Part shown: piece after piece, positions 57,010 through 64,000 of the stretch
How positions within the stretch are numbered: position 1 is the first letter of the stretch
Layout of the letters: every line of letters starts with the position of its first letter
Source: Pontiella sp.
Lineage (GTDB): Bacteria > Verrucomicrobiota > Kiritimatiellia > Kiritimatiellales > Pontiellaceae
Assembly: GCA_050290185.1 (NCBI GenBank)
Contig: JBNKHE010000002.1
Location: 192,001-256,000 of the forward strand
Length of the DNA stretch: 64,000 nucleotides
Reading direction: 5' to 3'
Notes under the pieces: model-generated
Told to the model about the DNA's origin: nothing
The model's input: the letters and a program-made list of their open reading frames with translations, nothing else
The model's database searches: none
Translations under genes and position numbers: made by a program

Positions 57010-58377
57010 TCAAGCACTGCGGCTATTCATGATCACCAGACAAACGGTCCAGGCCGCAATGGCTCCCATGGCGATGCCAAAAATCGGCCAGCCTCCCCAG
57101 ACGGCCAGCAACGGAATAGCCGCGCCCGTCCAAAGCCCGCCACCCATAAAGGGTTCGTGCAACAGTTGCTTGGCCGCGAAGGCTTCGGCCGCTTCGGTTT
57201 CGTAGTCGGGATCAACCACGCGCAGCAACAGCAAGCCCGTCGCCGTTACCCCCATGGACTGCCCCATTTCAGCAATACCGCGCTCGAACCAGGCATCCTT
57301 GAACGCCCGGCGGGCAAAGACGGTCAGCATGAGCACATTCCATCCGATACCGGCAACAATCAGGATAACCAATGGGAGCCAGCCTTCGGCAATAACGTCG
57401 ATCCGAATGGTGGCAATGGCAGCCACCACAAGGAAATCAAGTGCGCAGTTCTGAATGCGCAACATCAGTCCTTCGTCCATATGCTCATGCCGGTCAAACC
57501 GGTCCGCCAGCCACTGAACGACTACGCCGCCAAGCATGCAGAGCGGAAACAGCGGGAAACTGGAGAAAATTTCCGCTCCCTGGCCCGGCAAGATGCCGGC
57601 AAAAAGCAGCAACCCCGCTTTCATCAGCCAGCCAAGCAGGACGGCCGCACCGATAAAAACGAAATGAAGCGATAGCGATCCGATGACATCGGATGATACG
57701 CTGATCTTTCCCGCCGCAGGACGGTGTTTATGCGGGATGATGCCACTCAGGTCATCAATATTGACACCGGGCCGGACCTTCTTTTCGACATAGCCCTTGC
57801 GCACGGCCCAGTTGACGAGTCCCATACCGACGATGATGGCACCCATAATACCGCCGGTGGCGCTGGCGAGGGCGAAGTCCTTCATTTCGGGAAAACCGAG
57901 CCGATCAAAAGTCGGTCCCATTCCGCCGGCCGTGCCGTGGCCACCCTCGAATCCAACGGGCATGATCCCGGCAAAGATGTCCGGCAGCCCGAAGACCGGC
58001 TTAATGAGCAATAAAACCATTCCGCATCCCACGGCATACTGCCCCCAGGCCACAATCTGCCCATACGCCAACTGGCGGCTGGAGCTTTTCCATACCTGAG
58101 CGACCGGCGGGAGGCTGCGTCCGAGAAACAGGCAGGCAAACACAATATTGATCAACAGGCCCGGCAGCTTGCTCCATCCCTCCGTCGTTTCGGGCGGAAG
58201 AGCCAGCTTCCAATCCATGATGGACAGGTCGAGATGTTGGAGCAGTTGGATGATTGCGAGCCCGATCAGGCCGGCAATCACGCTGGCAGGCAGATAGAGG
58301 CGCTGAAGAAAACGTATCTTGCGGCGCACCCAGTACCCGAGCCCCAGCAACACGCACAAACATCCGAACGAAAGCAT
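57010..58377 (-). CDS. gltS: Sodium/glutamate symporter
   Basis: LPASVIAGLIG, GFEGGHGTAGG, FPLFPL, GQSMGVTATGLLLLR; start taken at MLSFGC. Confidence 0.85.
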   Translation of the reverse strand: MLSFGCLCVLLGLGYWVRRKIRFLQRLYLPASVIAGLIGLAIIQLLQHLDLSIMDWKLALPPETTEGWSKLPGLLINIVFACLFLGRSLPPVAQVWKSSSRQLAYGQIVAWGQYAVGCGMVLLLIKPVFGLPDIFAGIMPVGFEGGHGTAGGMGPTFDRLGFPEMKDFALASATGGIMGAIIVGMGLVNWAVRKGYVEKKVRPGVNIDDLSGIIPHKHRPAAGKISVSSDVIGSLSLHFVFIGAAVLLGWLMKAGLLLFAGILPGQGAEIFSSFPLFPLCMLGGVVVQWLADRFDRHEHMDEGLMLRIQNCALDFLVVAAIATIRIDVIAEGWLPLVILIVAGIGWNVLMLTVFARRAFKDAWFERGIAEMGQSMGVTATGLLLLRVVDPDYETEAAEAFAAKQLLHEPFMGGGLWTGAAIPLLAVWGGWPIFGIAMGAIAAWTVCLVIMNSRSA

Positions 58378-58393
58378 TCCATTCCCCTGTTGG

Positions 58394-58470
58394 TTCACCA
58401 CGGAGGACACGGAGTGCCGCAGAGGGAAAATCCTCCGCACCCTTCGTGCCCTCCAGCGAAGCGGGTGGTT
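58394..58470. repeat. Short-period inverted-repeat element (CACGGAG type)
   Basis: TTCACCACGGAGGACACGGAGTGCCGCAGAG ... CCTTCGTGCCCTCCAGCGAAGCGGGTGGTT. Confidence 0.7.
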
Positions 58471-58486
58471 TGTCTGCTCCGCTTGA

Positions 58487-61400
58487 TTAGAACATGATAT
58501 CGAGCATGACGGATCCGGTATGCTCTTCGTAGTTGTCGCTGAAGCGGCCGTTGTAGCCGACGCCGACCTCCATATAGTCCGTACAGATCCAGCTGTAGCC
58601 GATCCCGGCATTGATCCCCGATTCATCCGGCGAAATGCGGGCGGTTTCCGTCGAAGACACATCGGCAGCCGTCAACGATGAATAGATCTCGTCCTGTACG
58701 AAGTCATAGCTCCATTCGGCGTAACCCGTCGTCTGGAAACGACCAACCGGCGTATCGAACCGGTGCCGCAGCTTTAGGCCGAGCGCGGATTCAACCCAGT
58801 TGTGATCAATCCCATCGACCTGAACCACGCTACCCTCATCCTCTACCTCGTTGTGGTCTTCCGTCATGGAGGCCAGAGCATGCAGACCCATGTAGGGGGA
58901 CAGCGCCAGGTTTTCACCATAATAATAGTATTGCCCGACATCCGCAGAGACACCCACAGCATGCCCATTATAGGAGGCCGTTCCATGGTAGCTGGCTGCA
59001 ATGCGTTCCGAATCATAGCTGCTATAGCCATAGCTTGCGAGGGCATCAACATACAGGCCGTCCACGCCGACCCATTCGCCATAGGCGCCGACCCAATAGG
59101 TTTCGGTATCGAGCCGATCCCCGTTATCCGCACGGGCAGCCGAACGCGCATAGGTGTAGTTGACCCCCACGGCCAGCGCTTCGCCAATGAGTTTGTCGGC
59201 GCCGATTGTCGTGCCGTTGTTGTTAAGCGCAAATGCATCTGAAATACCGACGCGGTCATAATTCCCCTGCCCGCTGTATTGCTGCAGCCAGACATGCATA
59301 TCGAAAATGGTGTTCTGATCGCCGGGCCCCATGGCGCCTGCGGGAGCGTTGGTCGAGGTGAGCAGCAGCACCTCGTTAGGAATGGCATGCGCCGTCGAAA
59401 CCAGGTTTCGGCGCAACTGCTTCGTCCGGGTGAACACCATGTTTTTCACGCCGTTGAACCCTGCGCGGATACTTTCCGAGGCGGCAAAGTCGAGCGTCGA
59501 AGCAATCGAACCGTCCTTGACCCCCACCATCTGCACCTGCACTTCATTATTGGTAATCAGAAGATGCCCGTCATAGAGCAAGGGACGTACATCCATGTTG
59601 GTTTCTACAAAACTACCAACGAGATTCGTGGCGCTTAGAATCACAATATCGTTTGTGGCAACGGGGATATACGGAATGAATACTTCCGCCGTCATCGTGG
59701 AGAGATCCACATCGTTCGTTCCGGAAAAGACCAACTCATCCCATTCGTCTATGATGACCTGCGCCCGGTTGGTCGTACCATCCGGAATAAAGATGCCGGC
59801 GATCTCGAGTCGCCCTATCCCATCACCGGCCGGATCAATGGTTCCGTCGATCATCGAAACGGTTTCAAAGGTATTCGCGTCCAGCAGGCCGTGACCATTC
59901 AATGTGCTGTTGTTCAGAGAAAGGGTCTGGAAGTTTACGTAGGGAAGCGCGTTGGTACCGTCCACCGCAAACATTCCGTTGTTCACAGCGACCGTGTTTG
60001 AGGAGCCGGAAGTTGCGGTGAATACAATGCCTGTGCCCAGTGTAATATCATTCCCGAAAAACGCCAGTGTTGCATTGGCTGCGTCAAACTCAATGGATCC
60101 CGCTCCACTAATCGTGGAATTACTGTAGATATTCATCTCAGATTGCAACGAAATGGAACCATCGGAAGCGAGTGCAATGGAGTTCCCGGAATGGAGCGTC
60201 AGGCTTCCATCAACCACAACTTCTCCGCTGTCGGACACGGACAAACTATTATCCACGCTGTTCGAAGTGCCGCCAATGGCCAGATCCCCTGTAATTTCCA
60301 AAATAGAATTCAAGCCCGTCACACTCGCGTTGTTGGCCGAGGCATCATCATTACCGATATAGGCGCTACCGCCAACGTCAACGCTTCCGCCGGAAGAAAC
60401 AGTCAGCGTGTTGCCGGATCCGTCGTGGCCCACCCACAGGTCGCGGCTGTTGGTCCAATTCCCGCCTTCGTTAACGACAACCTCGTTGTTGGCTGAATTT
60501 GTGCCCCAGCCAATAAATGCGTCTCGGCTGGTGAGCGCCCCCCCGCTTTGGCTGACGGTCAGAATGCTTTCGGAATCGTTGTAGCCGACAACAAGATTGG
60601 TTCCGGCAAGATCCCAGGAGCCGCCGGCAAGCGTCAGATCCCGTCCGCCATCGAGATAGAAGACCGGGTTTGTCGCGCCGCCAACAACCATGCTGGTGGT
60701 ATCCATGCCGCTCAGCACCCCGCCCACGGAGAGGAGGCCCCCATCCTTCCAGTTGAACCCGCTTGTCGAGGCGTCGAAGCTGGCGCCGATGGCAAACGTG
60801 CCGCCGGAGTTCAAGTCGAGCTGGCTGCCGTTGGCGATCAACAGATCGCCCACCGAAACCGTACCGTCGTTGCGGATAATGTTGGTGCCGCTAGCTCCGC
60901 CAAGCCCTAGGTAGAGCGTACCCTCCACGTCCACTGTTCCGCGACCCACCACCAGCTGCGCGCCGTTGGTCGATGCCACAAGCATGCTGCCACCTGTCAG
61001 ATTGGTCTGCACATCACCTACATTTACCCACCCGTCGTTTTCGATGGTGAGCGAGTTTCCGTCACCGCTGGTATTGACCAGATTGGTGCCCGACCAATAG
61101 GCCCCCACATAGAGGTCGCCGCCGGAATTCGTCCATGTGGAACCAGAGCCGGAAACAAGTACCGAATTGTTGGCGGCACTACCCCAGCCGATGTAGCCGT
61201 CGGCGTTTTCTACAGAGCCCCCATTCGTGATGATCAGCTCGCTGCTTGATGCCTGATAGCCCACAATCAGGTTGGTCGTGCCTAGAGGCAGAGATCCTCC
61301 GTCCAATTCAATATCATGTCCGCCATCGATGTATGCGAACTCAATGCTGTTGGTGTTGCCATCCGCAACCAGGTTAGTCGTTGGCAATCCACTCAACTTG

Positions 61401-62872
61401 CCTCCCAGGGAAAGCAAACCGCCGGCATCCCAGACCAGATTGGTTTGCTGCACAATATTGAACGGTCCATCGATAGCCAACGTACCTCCGCCGGCGAGGT
61501 TGAACGTGTTACTGGCATGAATAACCAGATCGTGCGCATAAACCGTTCCGCCACTCGACACCGTTACGGAGTTTCCGGTCGAGGTGTAGTAGTTCGTTGC
61601 AATCACGGTATTGGTAACCGATCCCGACACAACTTCCTGCGTGGTAACATAAGAACCTAGATAACCAATCTGCAGGGTTCCGTTGTTGGCCCACCCGGAA
61701 CCGGCCCCCGTGACAACAACGGCATTGTCCAGCGAATTGGATGCAGCGCCGACATTTCCATCGCCGTTGGCCAAGGCACCGCCATCAGCGATGGTCAGCG
61801 TATTACCGCTTCCCGAAACGGACAGGTCGCCGCCAACGTTCCAGCTGGCACCACTGCCATCAACCGTCAGCATTTGCTCGGTTCCATCAAGCCCGTTGCT
61901 CTTCGTCAATGCTCCGCCAACCGATAACGCGCCACCATTCTCCCAGTTAAAACCGCCCTGATCGGCATCGAAGTCGCCCCTGATGACAAGCGTTCCGCCG
62001 GCTTCGACATCCAACGAGCTGCCGGCATTGCCGATCTCCAGCGACTGTGCTTCGACGGAACTTCCATTTGTGATAGCAACGGATCCGGTGAGGGCTGCGT
62101 TCGTTCCCCCTATATAGAGGCTTCCGGTGGTTTCAACAGTCGATCCATGCCCGACCAGCATGGAGGCGCCGTTGGTCGAAGCCACCAATATCCCGCCGTC
62201 GGATCCCGCCATAACATCGTTGTTTGTGGCTTCGCCCACATAGACCCAGGCGCTGTTGGAAACCATCAGATCGCTACCGCCGGTTCCAGATCCAACCGTA
62301 AGGTTGGTTGCGCCTGTATTCCACAAACCGCCGTCGAGGGTCAGATCGCGCCCGCCATCGAGAACGACGGAATTGTTCGAAACCGCCACTCCGGTCAGAT
62401 CGCCGCCGACCGAAAGATGCCCGCCGTCGTTCCAATTGAAGCCGTCTGTCGACACGTCAAGATTGGTGGAAATAGCGAAAAAACCGCCGCTGTTCAGATT
62501 AAAGTTGTTTCCGGCCTGGAGATCCAGGTCGCCGACAGACAGGCGACCTCCATTATTAACATCTACGGAATTGTTCGTTCCGGGCCCGATCGTCAACGTA
62601 TCTGCGATATCCCAGCGACCGCCGGCCACGGAAATCGCATTGTCATGGGCATTGCTGGAAGTACCGATATAGACGTTCGTGCTGGAAACCGCGCCCCCCG
62701 GAATCACAGTCATCGTATTGCTCGAAGAGGTTTGTCCTACCCAGACGGAATCGTTGGTCCAAGCCGAATTCACGGTTTGATCCATGCCGTCTTGGAGCAC
62801 ATTCGTATATTGTGCAAAAGCGGCGGTAGTGTAAAAAACCAGGGCCGTGCCCAGCGAAAAAAAGCGTTTCAT
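58487..62872 (-). CDS. Large autotransporter (type Va) with repetitive beta-helical passenger
   Basis: Signal peptide MKRFFSLGTALVFYTTAAFA; Gly/Asn/Thr/Ser-rich repeats (G.GS.W.N...L.VG; FNW..GG.LSVGG); C-terminal barrel (VWLQQY, GTTIGAD, ESALG, terminal F). The ORF-track start at 63487 is antisense to the next gene. Confidence 0.9.
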   Translation of the reverse strand: MKRFFSLGTALVFYTTAAFAQYTNVLQDGMDQTVNSAWTNDSVWVGQTSSSNTMTVIPGGAVSSTNVYIGTSSNAHDNAISVAGGRWDIADTLTIGPGTNNSVDVNNGGRLSVGDLDLQAGNNFNLNSGGFFAISTNLDVSTDGFNWNDGGHLSVGGDLTGVAVSNNSVVLDGGRDLTLDGGLWNTGATNLTVGSGTGGSDLMVSNSAWVYVGEATNNDVMAGSDGGILVASTNGASMLVGHGSTVETTGSLYIGGTNAALTGSVAITNGSSVEAQSLEIGNAGSSLDVEAGGTLVIRGDFDADQGGFNWENGGALSVGGALTKSNGLDGTEQMLTVDGSGASWNVGGDLSVSGSGNTLTIADGGALANGDGNVGAASNSLDNAVVVTGAGSGWANNGTLQIGYLGSYVTTQEVVSGSVTNTVIATNYYTSTGNSVTVSSGGTVYAHDLVIHASNTFNLAGGGTLAIDGPFNIVQQTNLVWDAGGLLSLGGKLSGLPTTNLVADGNTNSIEFAYIDGGHDIELDGGSLPLGTTNLIVGYQASSSELIITNGGSVENADGYIGWGSAANNSVLVSGSGSTWTNSGGDLYVGAYWSGTNLVNTSGDGNSLTIENDGWVNVGDVQTNLTGGSMLVASTNGAQLVVGRGTVDVEGTLYLGLGGASGTNIIRNDGTVSVGDLLIANGSQLDLNSGGTFAIGASFDASTSGFNWKDGGLLSVGGVLSGMDTTSMVVGGATNPVFYLDGGRDLTLAGGSWDLAGTNLVVGYNDSESILTVSQSGGALTSRDAFIGWGTNSANNEVVVNEGGNWTNSRDLWVGHDGSGNTLTVSSGGSVDVGGSAYIGNDDASANNASVTGLNSILEITGDLAIGGTSNSVDNSLSVSDSGEVVVDGSLTLHSGNSIALASDGSISLQSEMNIYSNSTISGAGSIEFDAANATLAFFGNDITLGTGIVFTATSGSSNTVAVNNGMFAVDGTNALPYVNFQTLSLNNSTLNGHGLLDANTFETVSMIDGTIDPAGDGIGRLEIAGIFIPDGTTNRAQVIIDEWDELVFSGTNDVDLSTMTAEVFIPYIPVATNDIVILSATNLVGSFVETNMDVRPLLYDGHLLITNNEVQVQMVGVKDGSIASTLDFAASESIRAGFNGVKNMVFTRTKQLRRNLVSTAHAIPNEVLLLTSTNAPAGAMGPGDQNTIFDMHVWLQQYSGQGNYDRVGISDAFALNNNGTTIGADKLIGEALAVGVNYTYARSAARADNGDRLDTETYWVGAYGEWVGVDGLYVDALASYGYSSYDSERIAASYHGTASYNGHAVGVSADVGQYYYYGENLALSPYMGLHALASMTEDHNEVEDEGSVVQVDGIDHNWVESALGLKLRHRFDTPVGRFQTTGYAEWSYDFVQDEIYSSLTAADVSSTETARISPDESGINAGIGYSWICTDYMEVGVGYNGRFSDNYEEHTGSVMLDIMF

Positions 62873-62993
62873 TCCATAAACTCCCGGTTGAAATGGTTTG
62901 GGAAAAACGGGTGCGAGCATACATAAAGCATCCTGCCGCAGAAAGGGCATATTTGAGAGGATTCCGGCGACGCAATTTGCTAGATTACGGGGC

Positions 62994-64000
62994 ATGGAAG
63001 ATTTTGATGTCATTGTGGTGGGCGGCGGACCGGCGGGGATGATGGCCGCCGGACATGCGGCTGAATATGGCCGCCGGGTGCTGCTGCTGGAAAAAAACCG
63101 GTCACTGGGCGAAAAGCTGAAGCTGACCGGCGGCGGACGCTGCAACATCACCAATGCGGAATTTGATACGCGCATCTTCCTGTCCTTCTTCGGAGAGGCC
63201 GCAAAATTTCTCTTTTCCCCCTTCTCTCGCTTTGCCGTGCGCGACACTTTTGAGTTTTTCGAAGGCCGCGACCTGCCGCTATTCATCTCGGACGACCGCA
63301 AGCGGGCCTTCCCGAAATCGGAAAAATCCACCGATGTGTTGCGGGTGATGGAAGAATACCTGCGCGAACACGACGTTATAACACGGTTCGGAACGTCCGT
63401 GACGGGATTGCTTCTGGAAGATGGCCGGATTGCCGGAGTCGAGACCAACCTCGGGTCATTCCGCTCCGAAAGCGTGGTGCTGGCCACGGGGGGCGCCTCC
63501 TACCGTGAAACCGGTTCAACGGGCGATGGCTTCGACTGGCTTCGGAAAACCGGCCACAGCGTCGCCGAAGCAAGCCCGGATATTGTTCCCCTGCGTGTAA
63601 AGGAGCCGTGGGTAAAGGATCTTTCCGGCACCGCACTCGAACCCATGCGCATCACCTTTACCGCTGCGGACGGCAAGAAGGTCGTGAAGCAGGGAAAGAT
63701 CCTGTTCACCCATTTCGGCATCTCCGGCCCGCTGATCCTCAACAGCGCGAACGAGGTGAAGAAGCTGCTGAAGCAAGGTCCCGTGGCGGCCGCAATCGAC
63801 CTTTTCCCCGGCCTTGAAGTCCCCGAGGTCGACCGGCGGATTCTGGAGGTCTTCAACGAAAACAAGAACAAGATCGTTCGCAACGTCGTAAAGCAGATCG
63901 CCCCGACAGGCATGGCGCGCGCCCTTGCCGCCCAATTGCCTCTGGAAATACTGGAAAAGAAGGTGAATGTCGTTACGCAGGAGGAGCGCAGGACGATTAC
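62994..64000 (+). CDS. HI0933/YhiN/BaiN family FAD-dependent oxidoreductase, partial (not in ORF track)
   Basis: Manual translation MEDFDVIVVGGGPAGMMAA...LLEKN..GEKLKLTGGGRCNITN...RAFP...VLATGGASY..TGSTGDG...LFTHFGISGPLIL. Confidence 0.93.
   Translation, partial: MEDFDVIVVGGGPAGMMAAGHAAEYGRRVLLLEKNRSLGEKLKLTGGGRCNITNAEFDTRIFLSFFGEAAKFLFSPFSRFAVRDTFEFFEGRDLPLFISDDRKRAFPKSEKSTDVLRVMEEYLREHDVITRFGTSVTGLLLEDGRIAGVETNLGSFRSESVVLATGGASYRETGSTGDGFDWLRKTGHSVAEASPDIVPLRVKEPWVKDLSGTALEPMRITFTAADGKKVVKQGKILFTHFGISGPLILNSANEVKKLLKQGPVAAAIDLFPGLEVPEVDRRILEVFNENKNKIVRNVVKQIAPTGMARALAAQLPLEILEKKVNVVTQEERRTI

Noticed and set aside
58378..58662. N-terminal extension of gltS in the ORF track
   Set aside because: It overlaps the autotransporter end and translates the intergenic repeat element; the real start is probably 58377.
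62873..63487. 205-aa N-terminal extension of the autotransporter in the ORF track
   Set aside because: It is antisense to the HI0933-family gene; the signal peptide begins at ATG 62872.

Overview
A GC-rich bacterial chromosomal segment, most consistent with a PVC-superphylum organism (Kiritimatiellota/Verrucomicrobia-like). That assignment is an inference from the PEP-CTERM protein, the large Gly/Asn/Thr-rich autotransporter and the SecA insertions. Most of the window is core genome: hemB-hemL-nfi, secA-tilS-ftsH, fadD/fadL, hrpB, coaD, rsmD, proBA, parA, rsmE-dnaJ-grpE, gltS and three tRNAs (Gly-GCC, Ser-GGA, Asp-GTC). The ORF track misses two edge-truncated genes, fkp (left) and an HI0933-family flavoprotein (right). 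No integrase, transposase, prophage or CRISPR array was seen. Most notable signals: (1) a small leader ORF with a membrane/signal segment, His-rich stretch, CxxC and a C-terminal RAPP ribosome-arrest motif heads a His-rich porin + ZnuABC-like metal uptake operon that has no visible Zur box; (2) a 1505-aa RND pump is fused in frame to its outer-membrane factor through an internal lipoprotein signal peptide, a candidate polyprotein; (3) a WecG/TagA glycosyltransferase carries two STAS domains and a WecA/TagO transferase carries a PglF-like membrane + Rossmann domain; (4) a NikR-controlled ECF operon with its own OM barrel has a direct-repeat operator; (5) several families of short-period inverted-repeat elements occupy many intergenic gaps, and one REP-like unit sits in frame inside an ABC-F gene.
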